From: Geosiphon pyriformis uo1
Lineage: Eukaryota > Fungi > Glomeromycota
Reading direction: 5' to 3'
DNA: 64,000 nucleotides
Assembly: GCA_016748015.1 (NCBI GenBank)
Contig: JAAOMT010000222.1
Span: 862,007 to 926,006 of the forward strand
Under the pieces are notes generated by a model. The model was given only the letters and a program-made list of their open reading frames with translations. It was not told the DNA's origin and did no database searches. Position 1 is the first letter of the stretch; every line of letters begins with the position of its first letter. Made by a program: the position numbers and the translations under genes. Shown here in pieces: positions 41,161 through 55,485 of this stretch.

Positions 41161-44100
41161 TCTTATTATCAAATATAAATAATTTAGAAATATTAAACTG
41201 AATAATAAAAGTAAATAATAAATAAAAAAAATAACAAAAACAATTTTTTTTTTAAAATATAGTTTTTTTAAGAATTTAAGAATAATAAAAAAAGAAATTT
41301 TTCTTATATTTAATTATTTAATAATATTAATTAAATTTTGACAATATGTAATTTTATATTATAAAATTTTAAAATATTATTTAGTTTTATATAAAAATAA
41401 TTTTAAATTTTTAATATTATTAAATTAAAAAAACAATTATTATAAAATATATTTTTTTTGATTATATTGTATTTAAAAATAGCAATATAACTTTTTAAAT
41501 AAAAAAGCTTAATATGTTTCAACATTTGTAAATAGTTATTAAAATTAATAAGTTGTAATCATTATTTTTAAAAATATTAAGTTACTATTATTAAATTAAA
41601 ATATTTGATAAAGTTTTAATAATTATTTAATTTTATTAACTTAAATTAATTAATTTTGTATTTTTGGAATTTTTAAAAATAGTTTAAAAATAAAATATTA
41701 AAAAAAATTTAATTAAAAAAAAATAAAGATTTATTTAGTGTTTTTATTTCAAAATTTTAATTATATTTTTAATTTACTAAAAAATTTTTTAAAATATATT
41801 TAATAATTAATAATAAATAAATAAAAAAAGTTAATAAATATTACAAGATTAATATAATTTAATAATATTAAATTTATATATAAATTTTAATATTTAATTT
41901 TTTTTTTTTATTAAGATTAATAATCGTTGTTTTATTTTTAATTATATTTATTATATATGCAAAAATTTAAGCAATTTTTAAAAATAGACAACTTTTTTTT
42001 AGTATTAAAAACTTTAAATAATAATTTTTTTTTAAAAATTTTTATTTTTAAATAAAAAATAAACTAATTATTTTAATTCTTAACAAAATATTATTATTTT
42101 CAAATATTTTAATATTTTTTTATTTTATTAGTTTTTATATTAAATTATATAATAAATTGTATACATAATCTAAAATTACTTAAATTCTTAATTTATTAAT
42201 AAATAAATTTTGATATAAAAAATTGTAAAATTAAAAAAATTTAATATAGTAATTTGTTATAAAAAATTTGTTAATTGTCATAGATTTTTTATTTTTTTAA
42301 TAATTCTAAATTACTTGAATTAAAGCAATTTTATAAAAAATTAGATCAAAATTAATTGCACAAAAAATTGTTTATTTTTAAAAATATATTATATTTTGAT
42401 TTATTTATAATAATTAATTTTTTTATTTTAATTTTTACAAACATAATTTTAAAATAAAAAATACTATTTAATTTAAATTAATAATAGTAAATATAATTTT
42501 TAATTAAAATTTTAAAAAATAAGTTTTTTTATAATTTATTATTATTATTATTATTATTATTATATTATTGTTGTTATATTTAATTGTTTTTTTTAATAAT
42601 TTTAAATATTTATTTTTATAAGTGTATTTTTATTACATATATGTATTTAAATATTAAAAAATAAAATTTAATAAATTAATTAACAAAATTTTATTAAAAG
42701 CAAAATAAACAGAATTAAAATATAAAATAAAAATAATAACTAAATTAAAAAGTTGTTTATAAAAATAAAACTATAATATAATTAAAAAATATAATAATAA
42801 TTAATTAAAAAAACAAGTAGTTAACTAAAAAAATAATAATAAACATAAAAAAATCAAATCTTAAAATTAATAAACAATTAGCAATATAATAAAAATAATA
42901 ATAAAATTATTGTATTAAAATATATAAATTAATAGATATAAAAAACAATTAAATTTTTAAAATTAATAATAAATATAATTAATTTGATAAATAAGAAGTT
43001 TTTGTGTTTAATTAATAATATTAAATATTTAAGAATAGCTTTATTAAGTTAAATAACTATTTATGTAAAAAAGCATAAGTTATATTTAATATAAAATATG
43101 TATATTTTTAATCTAATTAAATTACATTATATTTATAAACAATAAAAAAAAGTAATTAAATAAAAAATTATTACTTTTTAAAAAATTCTATAATAAAATG
43201 GTTTAAATAAAATAGAATTAATTTAACAAATACTTAAAATATAATAAATTTACAAAAATATATAGTTATTTATTAATATATAGTTTAAATGTTTTTGATA
43301 TTATTGATCAATTATTTAATTTTTAAAATTATCAATCTATTTTCAAATATTAATAATTAAAATTTTTTTTTTAACTACAAAAAGATCATGTGAACAAAAC
43401 ATTGCAATAAATTATCACCTGACTTATAAACAAGTAATACAGGTAAAAATAAACAATTGCCTAAAGTTTCAAATGAACTTTGATTTTATGTGTAACAGTT
43501 TGCTCCTTTGTATGTTAAACCCAGGCAATAGACAAACAGTTGATCATTCGCAAAAAAAAAAAAAGAATTTGATAAGTCTTTTGATTTTAAGTTTTACTGT
43601 TATACCATATATGTTTGGTTAGTTATACCATACAACTCACCATGAGGACTAGGGTGAAATTTGATAATCATAATTATTGCGTCAACAATTTTGCATTGAT
43701 CGGCTGCATTTTCAAAAAATTTGATTATTTACATAAATCCACAACCAATATCGTGTATGGGTGCTCATTCTCCATAGTATTAAAAAGTTCAGCTTCTCGA
43801 ACAGTAGGAAGCCTTTCGTACTGGTAATTCAGAACGATCATGCTATGCTTGTCTTCTTGCAGGACATAGCGCCAATAAAATCCGGATTCTGAAAATACGC
43901 TCATTAAGAGTGCAGATGAGAACCACTAATGTTTAGCAAAAATCAGCCATATGATAGGATATCATTAATAAAAAAGAGTAATGATACGCAAAAAACTGGT
44001 ATCACTTCCAGTTACAAATATATCATTCTTGCCCTAAATTTTACCTATTTTCGACTAAACACCCTTAACAAACCCTCGGCCGACTTCACTTTTTATCCTT

Positions 44101-44315
44101 TTCACTGGTTGCTCTCCTTCAAATCTAAATCTAAAAAGTTCTTTCTTTTTTTACCATCGCGATTCATCTAAAGTTAACCTTCACTTTGTCGCTTGTCTCA
44201 AAATCTAACTCACATAATACTTTTCTTTGTCATAACGTTTTGATTCAACTCATTAATATCTGTGAAAAGTTTTCTCGAACCTCAAAAGTAACCGATAAGT
44301 TTAAATAAATAAAGG

Positions 44316-46703
44316 ATGGCCGCTAATCATCATCACCACTTGCCAAATACAATGGCCAACAGTAGTTCACACAGTAGTTCACATAGCCTACATTCGAACG
44401 TTGTAGGTGTTCATTACAGGGTTGGGAAAAAAATTGGCGAGGGTAGCTTTGGTATCATCTTTGAAGGTAACCGAGCTTTTATTTATTCATGAGAGTGAAG
44501 GTCGGTGAAATATTTGCGCATAAAGCTACCATGGTTCAATAAAACACCGCTGACTCATCCTTATGATAGGTCTGTTAAAAGAGTCTAGAATATTTACCAT
44601 GAAAGCAAAAAGTCCCATAATACCAGGAAGCTTGATGGTGGATAAAATCATTCAATATTGATTATTTTGAATTTGACGGAATTCTTGTTTTTAATATATA
44701 GGAACAAACCTGTTAAATAGTCAACAAGTTGCCATAAAATTTGTAAGTGTTGGTAGTTTAGCATATTTTCGTGTTATCAAAGTCATCGAAAACGAGAAAA
44801 TCTGAAAAATTAAATAAATAGGAACCACGTAAGAGTGAAGCACCTCAGCTACGAGATGAGTACAGAACATATAAAGTTCTAGCAGGGTCACGTACGTATT
44901 GAGGTATATTGTAGCCTTCTCATCTTTATTTAAACAAATTGACTCATCCCCATTCAAACTCTGCGCCAATATAGTTGGCATACCAAATGTTTACTATTTC
45001 GGGCAGGAAGGATTACATAATATACTTGTGGTGGATCTTCTTGGACCCAGTTTAGAAGATCTTTTTGACATGTGTGGCAGAAAATTCACCATAAAAACGG
45101 TTGTTATGGTAGCAAAACAAATGGTATGTTTTATTCTATCATATTTTGCAGTTTATCGTCCGAATGCCTATTCTATCGTGCGCCTAATTCTTGAAAGTCT
45201 GTTTCTATCTTTTCGGATTGGTCTAAATATACTTGTGAACCTAATTTACTTTACATTTTTTGCAGCTTACACGTGTGCAAACTATTCATGAGAAAAATCT
45301 CATCTACCGTGATATAAAACCAGATAATTTCTTGATTGGTCGTCCTGGGACGAAAGGTGCCAACGTTGTCCACGTTGTTGATTTCGGTATGGCTAAGCAA
45401 TATCGAGATCCTAAAACTAAACAACATATTCCTTATCGGGAAAGAAAAAGTTTAAGTGGCACTGCGAGATATATGAGTATTAACACTCATCTTGGAAGAG
45501 GTCAGTCTTTATAAAATTGTTTTTGGGATAATAAATTTCTATTCTATGTACCAAATTGGTTAATTTTTGTTGGTCTATCCAATCTCGTACAGAGCAATCA
45601 CGTCGCGATGATTTAGAGGCTCTTGGTCATGTATTTATGTACTTTTTAAGGGGAGGGTTACCTTGGCAAGGTCTCAAAGCTGCTAATAATAAGCAAAAGT
45701 ATGAAAAAATTGGAGAAAAAAAACAGTCAACCCAAATTAAAGAATTATGTGAAGGTTTTCCAGGTGAGTTATAAACGATCAAATAAAATAAATATTACAA
45801 CGAAAAAGGTTATAAAAATCCCATTAACCGAAAAGATGGCTTCAATGATTTTTTCCAAATTTTTTAGAGGAATTTGGGATATACCTTAACTATGTGCGTC
45901 AATTGGGATTCGAAGAGAATCCTGACTATGATTTCCTCAGAGAATTATTCACCAAAGTTTTGAAAATTTCTAATGAAGTGGAAGACGGTGTTTATGATTG
46001 GATGTTATTAAACGGTGGCAAGGGATGGGAGGCAAGTTCTGTGAGTCACTTTTACATAGTTATGGATTTTTTCTGGGTTATACAAGTTTGGTTGGCATCG
46101 AGTAAGCCACAGAGATAGAGAGAGTTCACTACTTTGTCCAAAACTTCATTCATTTGGCCATAAGTGTTCTCTCTACGTTTCTGATGCTTTTGAGACCTTA
46201 CTATCCATCATCCTTTCTCGCTTTTTGGTTTGTGCCATTGCATGCACGTACATCAATAGCGGAAAGATGACGGCGGACTCAAGCCTGACACTAACAACGG
46301 TATCACACTTCACGGCACCTCATCTCAGCAATACAGTTCGAACGCAGGAATTCATCAATCATCGCATCTTCATCAACACACATCCGATGCACGACTTCAT
46401 CGTTCATCACTTACCCGAGGTGCATCCATGAATCGAAGCCAACAACAAAGTCCTCCAACACCTGCATTGGTTCACAAAAATTCAAAGACGAGAGTTCCTA
46501 CGCCGAAAGGAAAGCAACATACTGGCATTAATCTATCCGGTGGAAATATCGATGAATTAAATCCTTATGCAGCTCGTGTTGGAATGAATGGTGCCAATGG
46601 AAATGATGGTATTCAAGGTCAAGGTAGTGATTCGAATTCTCATCGACGGCGCGGGATCTGGCAAAAACTGATCGGGGTGATCACATGCAGTATGTGTAGT
46701 TAA
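44316..46703 (+). CDS. YCK2: Casein kinase 1, Yck1/Yck2/Cki (CK1-gamma-like) type
   Basis: Exons 44316-44466, 44702-44742, 44822-44891, 44975-45123, 45266-45500, 45593-45763, 45868-46040 and 46260-46703. Motifs [80 protein letters not shown]; Cys-containing tail ...ITCSMCS*. The symbol denotes the family, not exact orthology. Confidence 0.97.
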
Positions 46704-48109
46704 TTTTTTTTTACTTAAAAAGGGTTTTATATGAGTTACGTGACTTGAAAGGTTTTTGGGAATTTATTTAATTTATCCACTGAAATGCCCTGAAAATAAG
46801 GGCGAATCAAATTGGGAAAAAAACCCCCCAAGTTGCATAGGCCCTGGTAATCTGTAAATATGGATGGTTTCTCGGAACTTTTTTAGCGCCTATAGCTCCC
46901 CATACAGCACAGCTGTATCTAATTTTTGGAAATTTGTTATTGGATCTCAAACCCTATATCATAAAATTTTCTATTCGCATTTAACGAATTTGTCTACTTT
47001 GGATCCAAGAGAAATAATAAATTAATGCAAAAGCTCTTCACTATAGTTAGATGGTTCTTGGTCAAATAATAATTATATATCTAATGTTTACGCTTTTTCT
47101 TTTTTCATCTATATCCCTTGAACCATCACCACATCAATCTTGTGGATTATCTTTGATTGTTTAACCCGAATCCGGCCTCTTTTGAAATCAGCCCCTTAGT
47201 TGTGAAAATCACGATCCAATAGGTGCCGGTCATCTAAAGCCCGCAAACACAATAGGCAATCGCTGAACATTCCTTATTTGATTTGAGCATCATCCCCATT
47301 TCGCATAGAAAATCATCATTAGATAAATTTTTTGGCCCACACGCATTTGAAGATGATCAGGGATGAGACGACGATTTTAAAGAGGTGGCCGCGGTAATCA
47401 TGGGATGCTAGATCTACAGCGGCACAAGTTTATTTAAATTTGGACAAAAGCGGAGCAGCGTGCTCAACACAAAACAAACAATAATACTTTACCGCCAAAT
47501 TAATTCGGGCTCAAAGGGAAATCCTTTTTTTTTCATTCTAAAATCAAAAATCCATTCTTTTCATGACCACTCTTAAAAGCTAGTCGACAACTTTTTTTCT
47601 GCTCATAGAAATCCCCACACTTCTAAAAAAAATCTGAACAATTTTAAAAAGGCTCCCAGTTATTTATTTTCTTTCCAATTTAGACCAGTTTTAATAGAGC
47701 AGCAACATAAGCAGCACTGATTCAACATCGCTGAAAAGTTCCCACACAAGTTTAATCATTTTCGAGTAAAGCTAATAATAAATCTTGCTAAACATACGTG
47801 AAAATTTTTCCGAGACTAAAATAAATTGTTTGTGTTTGTCAAATGAATGTATCGTAAAGTTATCCGCTACAATAAAGGTAGATCTAAAAATAGATATTTA
47901 GTGGTCACTATAAACAAGGCTACATAAATATAAACTCTCAAATGCTGTTATGCTTGCCTACTTATGTTTCTCGAACGACCGTCTATTGATATCCAATTTT
48001 TATTAACATTTTTAGAAAGCAAAGTAAAAAAAAGGTAAGATAGTTTCGGAGATATATCAAACAAATAATTTTTTAAGTTATTTCGTATTAATATTTATAT
48101 GGACGTGGT

Positions 48110-49460
48110 TTATTTTGTTTTGAACGACTCGGAAAGCATGTCTTGATAATCGAAATAATTGGTACGCGGCATTGAGTGGTAGGAAATACGTCGGGTGGCA
48201 AGGGGTTGAGGATTACTTCGACGTATACCTTCCAATACCAATGTCACTTCGATATCCGAATCAATTTCTTCCTCTTCGACTTTTTCACCTCCATCTCCCT
48301 TACCGCCATCTTTCTTATTGGGATCGTTCTTCGCACCCGCTTGATTATTATCTGAATAAATTATAAATTGGTACGTGTTCTTCACAAAAAAATGAGATCA
48401 AATTGTGAAGAGAAATTAACTTTGTGGACGGCCAATGCCTTTTTTCTGATATTGCTGCAATAGAATATCGTAAGGCTGTGATCGACCCAAAACTCCACGT
48501 TTCAAAGCCATTGAATGACTTTTACAAGTCAAAGAACGCGTGCAAGGAGTGGTACTATTAGGAGGTATTACGCCACACTGTTTATCTAAATCAATTGGTC
48601 CTAATAGAAAACATATTAATTTATGTGATTACTAATAATAAAAGTGAGAAAAATATTCTGTTTATTGATTTTGTCTTTAACAACAATTAAAATTAACTGA
48701 TTCATCACTAACCTTTATTTCTACCAGTCGTCTTGGTCTTTTTCTCTTTTTCTTTCCGTGCTTTTTGCTTTTTTTCCGGAGGATTTTTTACCCCTTCATC
48801 ACGAATTGGTGACGAAGAACGCCTTTTACCAGGGGTTGCTGACTCAACTGTTAAACGTCGAAGGATTAGGGGAATTTAAATGAAGAGTAAATTAATTAAG
48901 CAAAATGGGGAGGGGGAAAAATAAAGAATTTGACAGGCTATTGCGGCTGCACCTTCAACGGCAGCTGAGTTTTCACGTATGGTGTTTTTAAGTTCTTTTG
49001 GTATATCTGAAATGCTTTTGAAATCACTTGTTGACCCCTCCTGTATTACAGTCTCTTCGAAAAGATCGATAAGCCCTACTTTACGCTTTATGACTAAAAA
49101 GTGATAAAAATGTATTTCTCTTGACTTACGGCCTTCCGTTGTTTACTCTTGTTTGACATAACATACTCCAGAAACTAAACGATTTGTGGCTAGACAACAA
49201 ACCTTTTACTTTTTCCGTCGTTGCTGTTATAAGCTCTTGCTTATTATTCGGCATTTTGATAAGTTTTTCGAGAGTTGGGTAAACCAAGTTGCGGACCTTA
49301 CAAAACTTCACTGATAGATGTATCGATATTATGAAAAGCGAAGAACACAATAAAAGTTAACTTGTTCAAATGACCCACTATTTTATTGATAAAAATGAGT
49401 AATACCTATCAATAAGATGCTAATCAGTCCCTTGGTAATGCTTACAATAAATGCCCTCAT
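48110..49460 (-). CDS. SGF73: SAGA subunit Sgf73 / ataxin-7 homolog (SCA7 zinc finger); 5' end uncertain
   Basis: Exon starting at 48600 encodes [48 protein letters not shown]. Last exon has [23 protein letters not shown]. Lys-rich upstream exons with GT-AG introns. Candidate ATGs at 49460 and 49254. Confidence 0.88.
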
Positions 49461-52143
49461 TTTCCTTTTTGCTGTCTTTTCCTAGGTATTCTTCCTTTTT
49501 ACCTCAAACACCGTGTCTGCCGCTTTGTTTTCGGCCTTTTCCAACACGTCTCGCGCCATTCTGCCAAATGTATGGTTATCTCGGATGAAAACAACGTTTC
49601 TCGGGATGTTCCTCCCATCAACACTGTCTTCATCTGTATAATGCAAGAAAGGCAGAACAGTGTGCCAGAACAACCAAAAATGCAAGACGAAAACCCAGCA
49701 TGCAACAAGCGGCGACGCTTGGGAGAAACTCTCACTTTCACGCTGCGCATTCAGAAGCAATTATTGAAGCGATGGGTGGACTTGAGAAGATTTACCTTTA
49801 AACTGTAACAAAAGACGTTGTGTTGAAGCAAAATGGCATTACGGAAAAGAAACGACCGAAGTCTATGATGGTTTGGCTCTATGTTTTATAGAGCTATCGT
49901 CCGTCTTGGTATGTTTTTACAAGGTTGGTTAGGTTTGTATCACTGATGAAGCCATTGATCAGGCGCTGACAGCACGAGATGAAATTATTAGACGATAATA
50001 CATGGTGACAACAAAGTGCGCCTTCACACTTTGTCAATGCATGCCTATGAACATCGATACAAGGTAAAAATTTAGTTTTTTAAAAAAATATTCTTAAAAC
50101 ATTTTTTAATTAATTTTTCTTAGAATAAGGGTAAACACATGCTATGAACTCCCCGCTTCGAAACTAATTGCAGAAAAAATAAGCGGTCCTAATTACACAA
50201 GATTGCATCTGACGGTAAATTTTAAATATTTTGACAAATCAACGAATGGACATTTTCCTAGTTATATGAGACGCAAAGACAAGCCCACGGAATTCAAGTG
50301 AGCAGCTCCATCTGTGCAGTCTCTATTGATCTTTGGGTAAGGTAAAAATAGGCTCTGGTAACATCAGAGAAATTCTTCACCTCTGCAAAGTATATGGATG
50401 ATCACATTTCAAAAAAGTCAAACTGGATGTCTACTTGAATGCTTAAGAAATCCAGAGCCTTGTGACTCGACAAAGCAGTTCCCACATATGACGAAGGATT
50501 ATGCGTCTACAAAGTGAAATCCGATCGTGTTCCTAACTCGCGAGTGTGACTTAATCGTCATCCCGCTGCTTGAGGTATGGAACATGATGCATTGTAAGCC
50601 GAGAAAAATTACCCGAAAGACTGACCGGAAAATGTCCTGTTGGGGGTCTTGCCGTTTTTGATCGCTAAGGCCGAAAAGTTAGGAGTCCATGGTATCATCC
50701 AAAATGAGGCTATACAGGGCATCTAAGATTTTTAGTTGGTATGGTAACATAAAAAGCATTGGAGGGTCCGAAATATACAAGTATCAGAATTCCGGGGATT
50801 TAATGGACAGATAAAAATGGTACTCGAGGATCCTTCTCCGGCCATCACTTGATCCTTTACCTGAGTCATGGAGAAAATACAAGTTTACTTAGTGTTACCT
50901 CTTATTGATGTATTACGATCCATCCGATTAGTAACAGTTTATCAATTTCTCAGCGTGTTATCTTTAATATAATTTGATTGGACAAAATTATAGCACCAAA
51001 AATATATTGTCACTTTTTAATTATTTATAAAAAAAGACAATAAAAAAGAAATACACCAGATTATAATAAATACTTGAAAACAATTTTTTTCTCATAATAT
51101 TTATAATAATGTACTATTCGTTAAGTTTATTTAATATATTGATACTTTGTAAAACATGTTTTTGGGCTTTAATACAAGCTTTAATATAATGTAACATATT
51201 TTTAGTTAATTGTATGTTATTTGTGACAAGAATTTTTATTGAGTTAAAATTTAAAAATAATGATAATTGTTTTTGTATATATTTGAATTTTTGATATAAG
51301 CATATATTTATAGCCTGTTCTGAAGTTCAAGCCATAGGTTTAGCCTTGATATTAATTTATAAATAAGGTATTTGGATTTAATATAAAAAATATCACCAAT
51401 AGTTTTTTATCATTGAAATTCAAATAAAATTTCACAGGGTTCCGGTTTTTAATCTTTTTTCATCTTTATTCTAGTGTCTTTTTGGTTAAATTAATCTCTC
51501 TCCGATATTGTGGCTTTTTGACGTACATATTATATTTTGGGCTGATTGCTTCAAGCCTCATTTTAGATTTAATGATTATTTTCGCCATGAATAGTTATCC
51601 CCGTGTTAAAAAAAGCAAAAAACTTTCTGTGACAATTTGTACTTCGCCTTACTAAGTATAGGAAAGATTTCTAATTGAGGCTTTTTTAAATTAGTAGAAA
51701 GTCACGAAAAAAGAAATTCAAATGGCTTTGAACGTTAAAGCTATTATTAAACATGAATTCATACAGTAGCCGACCTCGCTTTTACTTTGAAGTTTTTAAT
51801 TTTTTGAGTGGAGCGGAATGTTATCCTCTAATAATGAACTAATTCTTTAAATTCAAAATATTTGCTTAACTAAAACTCATTATTAATAAAATAGATTAGT
51901 CAATTTTATTAAACTCTAAATCAGATTCCTTTAGTGGCCTAATGCTTAAAGTAATAATTTCACAGATACTAATTGTAATGCTAATAGGTAAGAGTGATCT
52001 TAATGATCCATCGGGGGGGTATTTTCGATGGTCCTTCAAATAGTAATGATAATAATTTCTTAGGGGATAGTGATGCCTCAAGTAGTAAAGCACTGGAAAT
52101 AGTCCAAATAGTTTCTCATCAACAAAATTAACATGAATAACAT

Positions 52144-52171
52144 TAATAATAACAACAACAATGACAACAAT

Positions 52172-52215
<44 letters not shown>

Positions 52216-52240
52216 AAACAAAAACAAAAACAAAAACAGC
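52144..52240. repeat. (AAC)n/(AAAAAC)n microsatellite, probably a decayed poly-Q coding tract
   Basis: The plus frame from 52021 reads ...SHQQN*HE*H***QQQ*QQ*Q(n)KQKQKQKQQHHQGK. Confidence 0.8.
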
Positions 52241-53763
52241 AACATCATCAAGGTAAAAGCTTTAATTCCCATCTTTCAGAATCGAGATCAAAAATTCAAA
52301 AGATAACTTTGCAATTTTTCACAAATACAACTCACAACTAGTGTTAAATTATCAGTCTCGAAAAATGCTGCGTTCTTATCGTCATTTACATAAATTCAGT
52401 TTCTCATAAAAAGACCGATCTTTTTAAGCCGGTTCTCTTTTTTGTTTAATTATTAAGGGGTGTTATTTAAAAATACAAAGTTAGAGGATTAACCAGAAAT
52501 TCTAGATTTTAATATTAACATACTAAGTTTATCTTGGTATAAAACACCATAAATAAAAATTGTGTACCATAAAACAATAATAAAAATCTTCACTGGATAT
52601 ATGAAAAAAAGATCTTTGTCTTGTGAAAGTTTTAATTAAGTTTAAAAATTTAGAAATATGGTATATGATTATAAGAAAAATCTTTCTTGGCTTACTTTAT
52701 TTTTTTAAATTAAAGTTGAAATTGAGAATATTTTATTACTGCTAAATTGGAAAATATTTACTTGTCTTAAATTTGAGCTAAAATTTATGGTCGGTACCGC
52801 CTAAGAAACTAAGTTAGAATAAAAAATTCTGTGGTCGTTACCAATTTTTGTGTGTAGTATGCAAAAAATCTATGAATCAAATTCTTTTATTTTTTTTAAA
52901 ATTCAAACTTCTCTTTACCTTACTTTTAACTCAAGCGTACATATACATATAAGTTGTACACAAAAAAATCTAAACTAAAAAGTAAATTATTTGATAATAG
53001 TTCTAATATCAATTATTTGATTATTCAACCAATTTCAAACAAAATTCCAGGATTAATTAAACATATGTCATTATAATTATCTCTCATTATATTAGATGTG
53101 TAAATAGAAGATATTCTGTATTAAAATTTTGATATTTTAAAGATATTCTTGAATCAAATAGTTCCTCAAATTTCATTCGAAAACGTTTTCGCACACATTT
53201 TCTTTATAGCGACAGATATTCAAGTGGACAAGTTGCTGCACGAGATAATGTAAGCATATATTTAGTTGTACAAATATTTCAAAGTTATAGTTTTAAAAGC
53301 AAATTCGAGAGGCCCATGAAAGAAATAATATTTCGTTCAATCTGGATTATATTCAAGTCCAAAAAATTTAAAATTAAACTGTTAAAGATGAGAGATGAAT
53401 TATTTTGTTAAAATCAAATTATTAAAATTTGTGTCTGGTGGGAGACAGTAATATTGTTGATGCACCTTTAATAAATTAATATAATATACCAACAATAATC
53501 AAGTTTGAAATGGGAAAATAATGGTTACTAACTAATTATATAGGCTTGGACATGTGACGACTGTTGACATCAGCGGTTCTGTAAAATCCATGAAAAAAGG
53601 AATAAAGAATATTATCAAAAAAGTTTTTCGCCTATTTCCGAATAAAAGTGATTTGTAAAACTTTTTTTAAAAGCACATAAAATGATATTAGATATATGTG
53701 CTATAAAAAATTTCTCATTCAAAAAACTTAGCAAATTAATAGCAATCTTTCAAATAATATTTA

Positions 53764-55320
53764 TCAATAAAATACACTGCAATCACCCATTGTAATACCA
53801 AAATAAGGGCCGTAATGTTCTTGAATATTGTTCTCGCCTGCGATCGATTGTCCAGAATTACATTCCTAAAAGTTTTGTTTGATTGAAAAAAGTCAAATCT
53901 TGAGGTCTATTTGGATTCCCAAATGTCGAAATGAAAACAATATCAATACTACTATTATAAACAAAAATCACTACCTTATTCTCCCCTGCTAAATTATCTC
54001 CAGGAATCCAAAGCTTTTCCCGAAGAAAATTATTCATTCTTTCTATATTAAAACTTTCTTGGGATCTTCCACAATCCCATATAGCTTCTCCATTGATTAA
54101 AACAGTTTCTTCATCTTCAGTACAATCACAATCTATTGGTCCAATCATTACTTCCCTTTCATGATGTTGCATTATTGAGCGTTCATGTTCAATTGGAGGA
54201 AAATGTGGGACGTAATCGTTTTTACGAGTTACTCTTGTAACCTTTACTAAGTCATTCATCATTCTAGCAAACATTATATTTCCCGTTCTTGGTTGACCAT
54301 AAGTATAAATGGAAATATCAAGTCTTCCTTTGAATTTGATTCCGAGTGGTCGAAGTCCAATAAGATCCAATATTGTAAATGATAAACCTGCTATTGCTGC
54401 ATATGCTATTAATTTTTAAAAAGAAAAAAATCGAAATTAATGAAGAAAAAGGTTTCAAAAACGAAACATTCTAAATTACTCACCACCGCCTACACCATGT
54501 CCACAAAAAGTAATTTTTGTGTTTCCTCTTTCTTCGACTATAGCATATATTCTTAATAGAATAGCATTCATCATCATGTATATCTCACGAAACCATTCTT
54601 TATCAACTAGTACTAATGCATTTGTCTTCATTCCTGGAACAAAAAATGGTTCCAACTCACTTTTTCTATTATACCAATCGGTTTTGCTTAAAATAGGTGC
54701 TCTGAAATGTACAACGATAGTTTCTAAGGATGGATATTGGAATACGCTACCTTTTACAGTCGATTGAATATAGAAACAGTAAAAAAGTTATTTGAATTGA
54801 AGAGTCTTTAAACTTTCAAAATTGAAAAAACTGGATTATCATAAATACCAAAGATATCTTTGCCATTTTTTACCAAGCTTCCAAGACTATTATATGAGGA
54901 ATATGGCTCACAATAGGCCATATTTGCAAATGCAGCGTTCATATTAAATAGTACAATCTCATCTATTTGAGTGTTGTTAAATGGTCGTTTTTTAGGGGAC
55001 ACTTCATTACCATTGTCTGTTCTTTTATAGAAGGAATAATCATTACTAATTCGTGTCGTTTTTGATAAAAATGAGAATTGAGGTGATATTAAATGTTTCT
55101 TAATTGATTCTCGAATATTTTCAGATGGATAAAATTTATTTTGTTTTGAATTTGGGAAATTCATCCAAATATCTTTGGATTTTAAACCATTCAAATGTGA
55201 AGAAATTGTAATTAAAATGAAGAATGCGAATATTAAAATTAATAAAATGGAATAGAATCGATATGATTTTATCGAAAAAAATCGAAATTTTTTATTAAAA
55301 TTTCCTTGAGTTCTATACAT
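53764..55320 (-). CDS. Class-3 lipase-like protein, copy 4 (GHGVGG)
   Basis: Four exons. FCGHGVGG at 54502-54485, TYGQPRTGN, NDYVPHFPP, EHYGPYFGITMGDCSVFY*. Confidence 0.9.
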
Positions 55321-55423
55321 TTTCTCTATATCTTTATTTTTGAAAAAAGTTTATTGAATAACTTTGTTCAATTTAATGAAGAAAGAAAATTTAATTTTTC
55401 AGCTCGATATTTGAAGATGACCA

Positions 55424-55485
55424 GATTATCAGCACCGGAATTATCCTCACAAGTAAAAGGATATTGTAAATAAAATTTGTTGTGG
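55424..55485 (-). promoter_or_regulatory. Conserved upstream element of lipase copy 4
   Basis: GATTATCAGCACCGGAATTATCCTCACAAGTAAAAGGATATTGTAAATAAAATTTGTTGTGG. Confidence 0.6.

Noticed and set aside
43615-44171. Two short ORFs upstream of CK1 as genes or uORFs
   Set aside because: No recognisable motifs and the TSS is unknown, so they cannot be supported.
52078-52272. Minus-strand poly-Leu membrane protein ORF
   Set aside because: It is the antisense reading of the (AAC)n microsatellite.
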